Below are positions 1 through 9,805 of a DNA stretch of 64,000 nt, in pieces (position 1 is the stretch's first letter; each line of letters opens with the position of its first letter). Below the pieces are notes generated by a model. The model was not told the DNA's origin. It saw only the letters and a list, made by a program, of their open reading frames with translations, and did not search any database. The DNA is from Patescibacteria group bacterium. GTDB taxonomy: Bacteria > Patescibacteriota > Gracilibacteria > UBA1369 > PNNO01. The stretch spans positions 1 to 64,000 of the forward strand of contig JBHPIO010000001.1 in assembly GCA_042568575.1 (NCBI GenBank), given 5' to 3'. The translations under genes and the position numbers were made by a program.

Positions 1-116
1 CCTACATATTCTAGGCCAGCTTTATGCGCTTTTTCTTGCGCTATAATTAAAGCCTGCTTGGCTTCTTTAGTAAATTTTTCAAATTGATTCGATTCATTCA
101 TATTATTCATAGTCAT
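1..116 (-). CDS. 5' end of an ATP-dependent Clp protease ATP-binding subunit (ClpC/ClpB-type, Clp_N domain); runs off the window
   Basis: Manual translation MTMNNMNESNQFEKFTKEAKQALIIAQEKAHKAGLEYVG matches the Clp_N start pattern (F.KFT..A..AL..AQE.A); CIRCE lies upstream. Confidence 0.85.
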   Translation of the reverse strand, partial: MTMNNMNESNQFEKFTKEAKQALIIAQEKAHKAGLEYV

Positions 117-254
117 TATGTGAGTTATCGTTATAATATATCGTCTATATAGTCTAACATAAATTGACGGTTTAGTGCATGCTTACATACCTTTTTTCGC
201 TTTACTTATGGCCGTAAACATGTTGTACAAATTTATTGTCCAAACTATACTAAA

Positions 255-281
255 TTAGCACTCCTTATTATAGAGTGCTAA
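255..281. promoter_or_regulatory. CIRCE element (HrcA operator)
   Basis: Perfect TTAGCACTC-N9-GAGTGCTAA (ttagcactc cttattata gagtgctaa). Confidence 0.97.
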
Positions 282-295
282 TGGTTTGAAGTCAA
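267..295 (-). promoter_or_regulatory. sigma70 promoter of the clp gene, overlapping the CIRCE
   Basis: Minus strand reads TTGACT-17 nt-TATAAT; the -10 box lies inside the CIRCE spacer. Confidence 0.85.
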
Positions 296-316
296 TATGT
301 AAATCAACAGAGAAGT

Positions 317-2086
317 TTAGTTTGCTTCTATGCTAGCGGCAATATCAATTATATATGATTCGTAACCTGTTGAGCCGTGCACTTTATATAGTTTCCCATC
401 CTCGCGTTCTATGTAAATTGCCACGTTGTCACCAGAATATACCTTAACTCCACTGTGCGCTCCAACAGAAATAGGGGATCCACTAGGAAGGCTTCCAGAA
501 ACGATATCAACACTTACAAGTTCATTTCCATCTTCAACTGGATCATCACTAAATCCATAATGATGACTTACATCGCCTGATCCTGAATATCCACTAAAGT
601 ACCAGTTAGTTGGATACTGGGCTTGAAAGTCATAAGGGAGACTTTCAAAGTATCTGTATCCTTCTTTTACAACAGCAGCTTCCTGCGCTCCTTCGTCACC
701 AATTGTAATTACTGTTTTTTCACTTGTAGCAACTGGATTGTCACCAGATACTCTTTCCCATGAAGTAGTTTCTCCTGGTTCAAAATATCCAACAACATCT
801 GTCTCAAACTGAGTTCCCGATTGTTCGTAAGTTAAAAGGACACGTCTAGTTTCAGATCCATCAGAGTAAACAGTATAAACATAATTTGGTTCTACGAATT
901 CGAATGAGTTTGTAGACCAACTTCCTGCATCTGAACTTTCTGGAGCAATAGAATCGATAGTTTCGCTAATATATTGCGCTATAAGGCCGTAAGAAGAACT
1001 TGAAACTGTTGGTTCCGGCTTGCTTTCAGGAACCTCGGCAATGTCGGTTTCTGGTTTTGTTTCTTCTGGTTCTACGTATATATCCTCGGTAGGGTTGTTT
1101 GCAACGTCATCTTCAAATACCGGGTTGTCTGATTCTGTTATAAGCTTTGTTTCAACGTCGTCCTCTTCGTCGTCTTCTGTGGCCATTCCGATAAATTGGA
1201 AGCTTGCTACCATACTAAAGAAAGTGTTTCTATTTGTGATCATGTTTTGGTTGTCTGTTCCTACAAAACTTAGATGATATACAGCTTCGTCTCGTGTTAG
1301 ATAAAGGTCGATAGCCTGCAAATCTGCACTTTGCTTTTTTAGACCTTCTAACTGATCTGTACCTATAGTAGTTTGAACATAACCTAGAGTAATAAGTTCA
1401 TTTGGATCTTCCGGAAGACTCAAGAAAGCTTCGATACTCTTTTTTTGAGGGTTACCAAGTTTGGTTATAATAACCATGTCTTGTTCATCTTCTGCTGGTG
1501 CTGTCATTACCTCTTCTTCTTCGTCCGCATCTTCATCATCTTTGACTTCTTTTTTAACAACAGGAGAAGTGAAAGTCACATTCCCTTCGTCTTCCTCTAC
1601 TTTCCAACTATCCATATATGTTAGCTTGAAGCCTAAATCAGCGTTTTTGTACTCGGTCTCTCTTCCTTTTTCAACTTGGCCTTCATCTTCTTCATCTTCC
1701 GATAAATCGATGCTTGTAACTTCCATTAAATCTTTTCCATCGCTAGCAGTTGTAATAGGACCTCTAACTTCAACCTTTTTTGAAAGATATTTTTCTTGAT
1801 CAAGATCAATATTAAGACTTCGTAGTCTAAGAGTTGTCCCGTCAGACATTTCCAGAAGATGAGTCCCGTCTCCGATGCTCATTCCTCCAAGTGATCTTAA
1901 AACTCCAGAACGTTTTTCTTGAACCATTTCGTTTGTTTGGAGATCACCGTCGCCTCCACCAAACCATGTACATGAAGAAGCAAATAGGGGAAAGATAATA
2001 AGCGTGGCAAGAAGCATCCCTTTTTTAAGGATTGACCGGTTAAACATAGTTAGATTATTAAAGTATACATAATGCAGGCTACTCAA
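317..2086 (-). CDS. Secreted acidic (lipo)protein, possibly with PsbP-like domains; true start probably near 2047
   Basis: Basic-hydrophobic signal ending FASSC; D/E-rich linkers; YKNADLGFKLTYMDSW and YDFQAQYPTNW PsbP-like motifs. Confidence 0.6.
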   Translation of the reverse strand: MSSLHYVYFNNLTMFNRSILKKGMLLATLIIFPLFASSCTWFGGGDGDLQTNEMVQEKRSGVLRSLGGMSIGDGTHLLEMSDGTTLRLRSLNIDLDQEKYLSKKVEVRGPITTASDGKDLMEVTSIDLSEDEEDEGQVEKGRETEYKNADLGFKLTYMDSWKVEEDEGNVTFTSPVVKKEVKDDEDADEEEEVMTAPAEDEQDMVIITKLGNPQKKSIEAFLSLPEDPNELITLGYVQTTIGTDQLEGLKKQSADLQAIDLYLTRDEAVYHLSFVGTDNQNMITNRNTFFSMVASFQFIGMATEDDEEDDVETKLITESDNPVFEDDVANNPTEDIYVEPEETKPETDIAEVPESKPEPTVSSSSYGLIAQYISETIDSIAPESSDAGSWSTNSFEFVEPNYVYTVYSDGSETRRVLLTYEQSGTQFETDVVGYFEPGETTSWERVSGDNPVATSEKTVITIGDEGAQEAAVVKEGYRYFESLPYDFQAQYPTNWYFSGYSGSGDVSHHYGFSDDPVEDGNELVSVDIVSGSLPSGSPISVGAHSGVKVYSGDNVAIYIEREDGKLYKVHGSTGYESYIIDIAASIEAN

Positions 2087-2164
2087 AATTGTGAGCCATC
2101 GGGAATTATATCAACTTGGAAGAGAAAAATCAAAAGATATAGGGGGGAATCTGTGAGGTGGGGA

Positions 2165-2722
2165 TTAAGATGCACGAACTTGGATTGGCTCAATTGTTAT
2201 TTCTGCATCTCCATAAAATTTTGAAAAGAGATCTGAGAATGGATTTTTCTTAAAAATAGCCAAATCATTGGTGTCTTTGATTGTATAACAAACTTTTTGA
2301 GCATATTTAGTCGCACCGTTGGCCTCCAAACTTAGTATTGCAAGCTTCATGTCATATGAACTAATACCACATTCGTCTTTAGGGCGCATTTCTAAACCAC
2401 GGTAGTAAGCATAGCCTGCCGCCCTTTTTTCCAATGGTCTGCAACCATTAGCATATTCTGTTGCAATGTATCTTTTTGTATCTACTGTTATTCGTACTTG
2501 ATGACCAGCCTTAAGACATTCTTCAATAAATCTTACAGCTTCATCTTCATTATATGTTTCTCCAGAATATTCTAATTTAGCTGCTTTCTCAGGATTTAGA
2601 TAATAATCTATCGCGGCTTGTAGCTCATCGAGAGTTCTCGCTATTTCTTCGTCTTACATATGCGCTGCTTGCGTTTCACATCTAGCAAGTGGGAAAGCCT
2701 CCATTGCATTTGATTCAGTCAT
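2165..2722 (-). pseudogene. Hypothetical gene (about 185 codons) interrupted by one in-frame TAA
   Basis: ATG at 2722 is in frame with the 2165..2434 ORF; the only stop is TAA at 2654-2656 (codon 23). Confidence 0.6.
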
Positions 2723-2798
2723 TAATATTAGTTTTTAACAAATTCAAGGTGAGATATTATCGCAACCTTCGTCTTTGTGTCAATGGAATCTGGCCTTA

Positions 2799-3833
2799 CT
2801 ATTGCATTTCATGCCCCAAATGATCGTATGCCGCTGGGGTTGCTGTTCGGCCGCGGGGAGTTCTTTCGAGGAGGCCGATTTTTAGAAGGTATGGTTCGTA
2901 TACTTCTTCTAGCGTGCTTTGTTCTTCTGAGGTAGCGGCTGATATTGTGTTTAGACCAACAGGTCCACCGTCAAATTTTGTTATCAGGAACTCTAGAATG
3001 TCGCGATCTGCCTGGTCTAGCCCTAAATGATCTATTCCAAGTGATCCAAGCCCGCTTTTAGCAATTGCTTTAGATATTCTTTTTTCATTTTTTACTTCAG
3101 CAACGTCGCGAATTCTTCGCAAAAGTCTGTTTGCTATTCGTGGAGTTTGGCGAGCCGCTTTGGCAATTTCCTTTGCTGCCTCATCGTCGATCTCAATTTT
3201 TAAAATAGATGCTGTACGTTTGATGATTTTAAAAATATCCTCATTTCCATAAAAACTTAATTTAAATACATTCCCGAATCTATCTCTGAGTGGTGACGAT
3301 AAAAGGCTAACCTTTGTTGTTGCACCAATTAATGTAAATGGGGGAATAGATAAACGAACTGAACGAGCAGATGGTCCCTGACCAATAATAATATCAATTC
3401 CAAAATCTTCCATCGCAGTGTAAAGGACTTCTTCTACTGCTGGTCTTAGTCGATGCATCTCATCGATAAAAAGAATGTCATTGTCTTTAAGATTTGTAAG
3501 TAGGGAAGCCAGATCTCCCTGTTTTTCAAGCGCAGGCCCGGAAGTCATCTTAATGTTTACATTCATTTCATGACTAATAATGTGAGCTAGCGTTGTCTTT
3601 CCTAAACCTGGAGGACCATGTAGCAGAATATGCTCAAGTGGTTCTTTTCGTTTCTTTGCTGCCTGGATTGCAATGCTTAAATTCTTCTTAACTTCTTCCT
3701 GGCCAATATATTCACCTAAACTTTGAGGACGTAGTGTTATTTCTTGCGTACGCTTAACCTTTGAAGCTTCACCTCCTTCAATAACTCGTTTTGGAGTTTT
3801 AGTGTTTTGTTTTGCTTCTCCTTGTTCAATCAT
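2799..3833 (-). CDS. ruvB: Holliday junction branch migration helicase RuvB
   Basis: LRPQSLGEYIGQ, Walker A GPPGLGKTT, LFIDEMHRL, LIGATT, RTPRGR. Confidence 0.98.
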   Translation of the reverse strand: MIEQGEAKQNTKTPKRVIEGGEASKVKRTQEITLRPQSLGEYIGQEEVKKNLSIAIQAAKKRKEPLEHILLHGPPGLGKTTLAHIISHEMNVNIKMTSGPALEKQGDLASLLTNLKDNDILFIDEMHRLRPAVEEVLYTAMEDFGIDIIIGQGPSARSVRLSIPPFTLIGATTKVSLLSSPLRDRFGNVFKLSFYGNEDIFKIIKRTASILKIEIDDEAAKEIAKAARQTPRIANRLLRRIRDVAEVKNEKRISKAIAKSGLGSLGIDHLGLDQADRDILEFLITKFDGGPVGLNTISAATSEEQSTLEEVYEPYLLKIGLLERTPRGRTATPAAYDHLGHEMQ

Positions 3834-3848
3834 ATTTTGTTTTCAGTT

Positions 3849-4424
3849 TTAAGAATCAGTAGAAGGAGTTGGAGCCGGTGCAGGCGCTGGCGTAGCAGCG
3901 GCAACAGGAGTTGCAGATGGCGCAGGGCAATCCGCATCAGGGCGGCATGCATTAATGTGATCACTTAAGAATGCTTTAATCCCTTCAGGATCTGGTGCTT
4001 CTGTAAATATAACAGTCGTTTTAGAAGAGGCAGTTTCAAGCCTAATTACTCCATAATCAAATAAATATAATGCTGCAAGAAGTCCTTTTTCTTGTGTATG
4101 AATGTCCTGAATATCAAAAAGTAGCGCTTCGCCTTCATCTCGTTTTGAGAGTAATTTCCAATCTATATGCACAATTCTGTTACTTGTAATCACTAATTTG
4201 TCGAGCCAGTAAATAAGTGCAAGATAAATGATGACAAGACTGAATAAACCTATTATTATAAAATTAGTGATAATGACTTGCTGTGATGTAAGAGCTCCCG
4301 AAATCAGAAACAATAAAAAGAAGAAAGGGATGCTTGCTCCCACAGCTTTCACCATCTGAATGATAAACGGGAATGGGTGGTGGTGGTAAACTTTGATGAT
4401 ATGTTCATCCTGTTTTAGTTCCAT
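3849..4424 (-). CDS. Membrane protein with bacterial PH (bPH_2-like) domain
   Basis: Two TM helices, then LVITSNRIV...IQDI...FDYGVIRLETA...PDPE. Confidence 0.75.
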   Translation of the reverse strand: MELKQDEHIIKVYHHHPFPFIIQMVKAVGASIPFFFLLFLISGALTSQQVIITNFIIIGLFSLVIIYLALIYWLDKLVITSNRIVHIDWKLLSKRDEGEALLFDIQDIHTQEKGLLAALYLFDYGVIRLETASSKTTVIFTEAPDPEGIKAFLSDHINACRPDADCPAPSATPVAAATPAPAPAPTPSTDS

Positions 4425-4500
4425 TTATTTATAATTAAAGAATGGAGAGGGAGTAAATAATAAAATCAAATGCGCCCGTTGTCAATAGAAGTACGTTGAA

Positions 4501-5292
4501 GTGCTCATAAAGCAAAAAAATAATACCCCAATTTATTTAAAACCTCAAATGAACCAAGACACATCTATAAAATGGAAAGTATCAGATGTATTTAATGTTT
4601 TTGTTTTAACATTTGTCTTAGAACTGCTTCTGTATGTCCTTATCCAAGCAATAGGGCTTCCAGACTTTGTAAAAATTATTTCTGACAATATTTTATTAAA
4701 GGGCATAATTTTGCTATTTATGTATTTGTTGCAAGTTGCTGGAATGCTTTTCCCTTTATGGTTTTTTATTATCAGGAAATACGCATCTAGATGGAAAGAC
4801 TTCGCTTTTAAATGGATTGGGACAGGTAAGACGATTTTGTGGATTATAATGGCATACCTTTTCTTTCTTGGACTTAGCATTCTTTTAATAATTATCTTTT
4901 TCAGCTTAGGAATTGAGGCTCTTGGATTTGAGAAGCAGAGTTCAATTTTTGAAATATTTGGAACTGATCCATTCGGAATTTTTATAGCGGTGCTTATCGC
5001 TCTTGTTATAGCGCCAGTTGTTGAGGAGATCTTTTTTAGAGGGTTTGTTTTGCAGACTTTAGCTAAACGTATAAGTCCATTTTGGGGAGTTGTTCTTACA
5101 GCCCTAATTTTTGCGTCTGTACATTTTGAATTTCAATCGATAATGCCGCTTCTAATTTTATCTGTTGTTCTAAATGTTATTTTCGTTAAAACAAAGTCGA
5201 TTTGGCCAGGAATTCTTTTCCATGTCTTTAATAATACGATTTCGTTTATTGCTTTATATTTTATAGAAAGTGGATATTATATTGTAAGTTGA
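4501..5292 (+). CDS. CPBP family (CAAX/Abi) intramembrane metalloprotease
   Basis: APVVEEIFFRG, FASVH and HVFNN motifs; multiple TM helices. Confidence 0.93.
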   Translation: MLIKQKNNTPIYLKPQMNQDTSIKWKVSDVFNVFVLTFVLELLLYVLIQAIGLPDFVKIISDNILLKGIILLFMYLLQVAGMLFPLWFFIIRKYASRWKDFAFKWIGTGKTILWIIMAYLFFLGLSILLIIIFFSLGIEALGFEKQSSIFEIFGTDPFGIFIAVLIALVIAPVVEEIFFRGFVLQTLAKRISPFWGVVLTALIFASVHFEFQSIMPLLILSVVLNVIFVKTKSIWPGILFHVFNNTISFIALYFIESGYYIVS

Positions 5293-5329
5293 CGGTTTTT
5301 TTTATAAGATACTGCCTGACACTTAGTAT

Positions 5330-5406
5330 GCGCCCGTAGCTCAGCTGGATAGAGCGGCACCCTTCTAAGGTGAAGGTCGCAGGTTCGAATCCTGCCGGGC
5401 GTACCA
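5330..5406 (+). tRNA. tRNA-Arg (TCT)
   Basis: gcgcccgtagctcagctggatagagc...cacc ct TCT aa ggtg...ggttcgaatcc...gggcgtacca; cloverleaf with encoded CCA. Confidence 0.97.
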
Positions 5407-5409
5407 TTC

Positions 5410-5489
5410 AGTTCACCTTGCTGTGAGCGAGACCCGTAGGGGCTCGGCGAACAGGAAGGGAACTAATCTCGAGCCCGAAGGTGCTAGAT
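5410..5489 (+). repeat. tRNA-3'-adjacent structured repeat, copy 1
   Basis: Homologous to 56103-56183 (minus strand); two hairpins. Confidence 0.75.
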
Positions 5490-5623
5490 CTAGCTGCGAA
5501 GAAGAAGCGAAGCAATGCTTATACATGCGTATGAACGAAGTGAATCGGATGGATAAGTACGACGGAGTGCCTGATTGAGTAGGTAGAGAAAGTACGACGG
5601 AGTGGCGAGAGGCCTTCTTCTTC

Positions 5624-7324
5624 TTGGATCAATTTGACAAGCTTAACAAGAAAATATTATTATTCGCTCTTGTTAATTTTATTATTATGCTTGACGATCA
5701 ATTTGACCACGATCCATCTCAAACATCTGATTCTGAAGAATTATCACCCGAACAAGTTTGGGGGAAACTAAATACGCGGGTGATGCTTGGTGACTTTAAA
5801 ATGGAAATTAATATGCCTGAGGATTCCGATGGCAGTTCTGAAGTAATAACTGTTAGAATTCCAACTGAAGATTTTCTAAACTTATCCTGTTTTCCTGTTA
5901 ATCCTGATAGACCTGAACCCATTGTTATAGAAGTTGAGGACTCACGTGATGAACAAAATTTTGATATTACGGCATCTCATAATTTTAAAGCTGCTCAAAG
6001 AGTCATATGGGAAAAAAATCTTAGTGATGATTGGAGATACATAATTGAAAATAGAAGATTGCGTGATAGTCATAGGTACGCTGATAGCATTAATGAACCG
6101 GATAAGCTTCCTGAGCCAGAAGAATGGGGGAGAGATCTTAAAACTGGGAGTCCTGCACTGGCTTATCCTGCTGTAGTAACTTATGGACACGGCAATTATG
6201 TGTATCGATATTTTCCTTATCAAGATCTTGCTGAAGAAAAACAAAGACGCACAGATGCGAATATAGAGAAAAGACATGAAGAAATGATAGCAGACGTCAA
6301 AGAAGATCATGGGCTTGAAATGGCCGAGAGATTTGCACAGACAATAGAATGGGTGAAAGCACGCAGAGGATATTGCCGTCTTTTATTAAATAAAGATATA
6401 TTACTACAGCGCACAATAGAATTTGAAAGAAATCTAAAGGAAGCAAAAATTTTCTATAATAGAGACAGCGAAAGGTGGGAAGCTATGGTAGCCGAAGGAA
6501 ATAGTACAAATTTTTATAGAGTTGAGGGGTACGCGGAGAAAGGGATTCATCCTGTTACGATTATGGGTCGTAAAACTGTAAGTATTTATCCTCCTCAAAA
6601 AGATTCTTCAGAAAAAAAACATCTGATGCTCAGGCAGGCTTGTCCAACAGACGTTGTTGAAGATACAAGAAGCAGATTAAAGGAGTCTCAGGCTGCGGAA
6701 ACACCCAATGAAATGAAACAACGTGCGTTGGCTACGGAGCTAGCTAATGGAGCAATGCCAGAAGAAATAGTCGAACATAACAAAAAAGTCGAAGAAGAAT
6801 TGAGAAGATTATGGTTCCGTTCGGACTGTGATGACACATTATTCAACGACCATCCATTAATCAAGTTAGATACAAAATCAACAAGAGCAACTGTTTATAA
6901 AGATAGTGTACACTTCCATGAATTTAGATCAGATGAAAGAAATGGAGTTGAAATCGATTGGGTTGAGTTTTATATGAACATTTTACAAGAAAATGAGATT
7001 TATGATGCAAGTCTTGAAGAAGTTGTAGATGATTTTCGTCAAGGATACCTGAACGGAAAGGCGAAACTGGAGGATTTTCTGAAAGATTTTATTTCTCCTG
7101 AAAACCGTAGGCAAATTGAAGAGACTGCGCCAGAAACAATTAATGTGAATGGTGGAGAATACAATATTGCTTATACTCCAACATTTAGTGATAGTGATAG
7201 TGGAAGTTATGAACTCTTTGAAGCCGAAATATCAATGAGTAGGTCTAAATATAGAGAATTAGAATCCACACCTAGATTGCCCACAGGTCAAATGATTAAT
7301 ATAAGATATGAATCTACTTGGTAG
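5624..7324 (+). CDS. Hypothetical acidic protein (probable start ATG 5687)
   Basis: Long ORF with no confidently recognised domain; TTGACA at 5634 lies upstream of ATG 5687. Confidence 0.65.
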   Translation: MDQFDKLNKKILLFALVNFIIMLDDQFDHDPSQTSDSEELSPEQVWGKLNTRVMLGDFKMEINMPEDSDGSSEVITVRIPTEDFLNLSCFPVNPDRPEPIVIEVEDSRDEQNFDITASHNFKAAQRVIWEKNLSDDWRYIIENRRLRDSHRYADSINEPDKLPEPEEWGRDLKTGSPALAYPAVVTYGHGNYVYRYFPYQDLAEEKQRRTDANIEKRHEEMIADVKEDHGLEMAERFAQTIEWVKARRGYCRLLLNKDILLQRTIEFERNLKEAKIFYNRDSERWEAMVAEGNSTNFYRVEGYAEKGIHPVTIMGRKTVSIYPPQKDSSEKKHLMLRQACPTDVVEDTRSRLKESQAAETPNEMKQRALATELANGAMPEEIVEHNKKVEEELRRLWFRSDCDDTLFNDHPLIKLDTKSTRATVYKDSVHFHEFRSDERNGVEIDWVEFYMNILQENEIYDASLEEVVDDFRQGYLNGKAKLEDFLKDFISPENRRQIEETAPETINVNGGEYNIAYTPTFSDSDSGSYELFEAEISMSRSKYRELESTPRLPTGQMINIRYESTW

Positions 7325-7382
7325 ACTCATGCTCAATATGCTACATTCCTCTATGACATTTTGATCATATATATTTCTTCTC

Positions 7383-8708
7383 ATGCAGCACAAGAAACTA
7401 ATAGTAATAAGCGATCTCCATATCGGTGGCGAAGCTCCAATCGACGATTTTGAATGCGAAAAGGAACTCATCAGTTTTCTTGATTATTTAGATGAGAACA
7501 ATGAAAGCATCGAGCTTGTTATTCTTGGTGATTTTTTTGATTTATGGAAAATAAAGGATAAACTTGAAGGGAAAGTTGCTTATGCTATTAAGCAGCACCC
7601 TCGACTATTTGAACATCTCAAGAAATTTGGGGAGAAGCACAAAATTACTGTTTTGGGTGGAAATCACGATCATGAAATTGTTTATGAACAGAGATATCAG
7701 GATGATCTGGCTAAATACAATATGCATGTTGACAAGAATCAGTTCTTTAAACGGGAATTTTCTAATGATGGGAAATCTTTTCGAATAGTTGGTGAACATG
7801 GGAATCAAGTTGAACCGGCAACTGCGTTTACTGATTTTTCAATGAAAACAGACAGCTCGCTTTCGTATCATATAAACCAATTGTTTGTTTATGAAATGAT
7901 GAAAATGGGGACTGATAAAAAGCGTCCAAAGTGGGTAAGTGATCTGGATAATGTTGATATCAACCTCTTGTTTTATTGGTTCTCAAGCAAATATTTCTAT
8001 TACGAGCTTGGGCCGATTCTAAAAGCGATTTTAATACCAATGCTTCTTCTTTTCGGATTTGCTGTTCCATATTTTGCTTTCGATATTGCTACTGATTTTT
8101 ATCGTCCTAATTTCCTTGTGCCACTTTTAAATTTTCTAGATACAAACTGGGTAGTAAAAATACTAGTTTTTATACTCTATTTCGATATGGTAGTCGTTAT
8201 CTTGCTCTTTTTCATGTCGCTTGTCCGAAAGGACTTCCAGAAACGTTTGCGTTCGTATGGTGTTCAAAGTCTCTCGGAAGTTGTGGTCTCTATTCATCAA
8301 GCATTTAAAGATAGAGCAAAAGAAGTTTGTTCAGGAAAGAACCCTTATAAGAAAAAAGCTCATCTGTATGTAAATGGTCATACTCATATCCCGGGTCTAT
8401 TTGATTTAAAAAAAGATAACTTTGTTCATGTTGACACTGGAAGCTGGAAGAAGTTGATGAAGAGAATGCCAACATACTTTCATTTCCCGGGTGTTTTTGT
8501 TCCCTATTACGATTTAAATTATCTGTCATGCAGCCTTTCTGAAGACAAAAAAGGTGTGAATGTTGAGCTTAGATCTTGGCCGAAACAGTTCACTCCACAG
8601 CTGACTTTTTTAGAAAAACTGACTATTAAGAAAAATAAAAATATCCCAAAACCTTACAAAGAAGATACGTGTATTGAAGCAATCAACTTCCCCTTGCATA
8701 ATTGCTAA
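7383..8708 (+). CDS. Calcineurin-like metallophosphoesterase with an inserted TM hairpin
   Basis: ISDLHIG, LGDFFD, GGNHD, EHGN and GHTH motifs; two hydrophobic helices mid-protein. Confidence 0.88.
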   Translation: MQHKKLIVISDLHIGGEAPIDDFECEKELISFLDYLDENNESIELVILGDFFDLWKIKDKLEGKVAYAIKQHPRLFEHLKKFGEKHKITVLGGNHDHEIVYEQRYQDDLAKYNMHVDKNQFFKREFSNDGKSFRIVGEHGNQVEPATAFTDFSMKTDSSLSYHINQLFVYEMMKMGTDKKRPKWVSDLDNVDINLLFYWFSSKYFYYELGPILKAILIPMLLLFGFAVPYFAFDIATDFYRPNFLVPLLNFLDTNWVVKILVFILYFDMVVVILLFFMSLVRKDFQKRLRSYGVQSLSEVVVSIHQAFKDRAKEVCSGKNPYKKKAHLYVNGHTHIPGLFDLKKDNFVHVDTGSWKKLMKRMPTYFHFPGVFVPYYDLNYLSCSLSEDKKGVNVELRSWPKQFTPQLTFLEKLTIKKNKNIPKPYKEDTCIEAINFPLHNC

Positions 8709-8751
8709 AAATGTACTAAAATTCCTTCTTAATATTTAAGATAACCTCTTA

Positions 8752-9759
8752 ATGGAAGCAGAGTTTAAGCGCGCAAAAAGGCTTATGGATGGTGCGGAAA
8801 GGATTGTGACTATTGCACATCGTAAACCCGATGGTGATACGTTAGGTTCGTGCATCGCTTTAAAACACGCATTAACAAAAATGGGCAAAGAGGTAACGAT
8901 GGCTTGTATAGATGAGATCCCAGAAAGGTATTCGTTTATGCCGGACGTAAAAGACTTTATCCACGAATTTGATTTTCGCGAATTTGATCTACTTATAGTT
9001 TGTGATGCTGGAGCTTCTTACATGACCAATTATCATGAACAATATCCCGATATTTTTAAAGGTGAAGTTCCTGTTATCAATATCGATCATCATGCATCGA
9101 ACGATAATTTTGGAACAATCAATATTGTTGATACAAACGCAGCGTCGACCACAATGATCATGTACAATTTCTTTAAGTTTGCTAAATTTGATTTCAATCC
9201 ACTTATTGGAACTGCGCTACTTACTGGTCTTTATAATGATACAGGGAGTTTTATGCATCAGAATACTACTCCAGAGGCTTTGAAAATTGCCGGAGAAATG
9301 ATGGAGGCGGGCGGAAGAGTTGCGGATGTATCAAGAAATCTATTTAAAACAACCCCAGTTTCTACTTTGAAATTATGGGGGAAGGTTCTCGCGAATCTAA
9401 AAGTTAATAGTGAAAAAGTCGCAATGTCTGTTGTGACAAAAGATGATTTTGATCAGTGTGATGCGGAAATCGACGAACTCTCAGGAGCAGTAGATTTTAT
9501 TAACTGCGTTCCTAATACCAAATTCACAGTTTTACTTCACGAAGATGAACAGGGGAATGTTAAAGGATCTTTTAGAACTCGTAACGAAGAAGTTGATTTA
9601 GAAGAAATTGCTTCCAAATTTGGTGGTGGTGGACATAAAAAGGCCGCTGGATTTACACTTCCAGGCAAACTTGAAAAAGAAGTAAGATGGAAGATTGTTC
9701 CTTCAATAGAAGATCGAAAGCATAGAGCTATCAAAGGAGATATTTCTGAAATAAAGTAG
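8752..9759 (+). CDS. nrnA: DHH/DHHA1 bifunctional oligoribonuclease/PAP phosphatase NrnA
   Basis: HRKPDGDTLGS, NIDHH, DTGSF, GGGGHKKAAG. Confidence 0.92.
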   Translation: MEAEFKRAKRLMDGAERIVTIAHRKPDGDTLGSCIALKHALTKMGKEVTMACIDEIPERYSFMPDVKDFIHEFDFREFDLLIVCDAGASYMTNYHEQYPDIFKGEVPVINIDHHASNDNFGTINIVDTNAASTTMIMYNFFKFAKFDFNPLIGTALLTGLYNDTGSFMHQNTTPEALKIAGEMMEAGGRVADVSRNLFKTTPVSTLKLWGKVLANLKVNSEKVAMSVVTKDDFDQCDAEIDELSGAVDFINCVPNTKFTVLLHEDEQGNVKGSFRTRNEEVDLEEIASKFGGGGHKKAAGFTLPGKLEKEVRWKIVPSIEDRKHRAIKGDISEIK

Positions 9760-9805
9760 TAGCTGTCTAAAAACTTGTGAAGAACTTTCATTCCTGCTAA
9801 CATTT

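Noticed and set aside
5555-5604. Possible mini-CRISPR (two 15-bp direct repeats)
   Set aside because: Only two copies, repeat and spacer too short, and no cas genes
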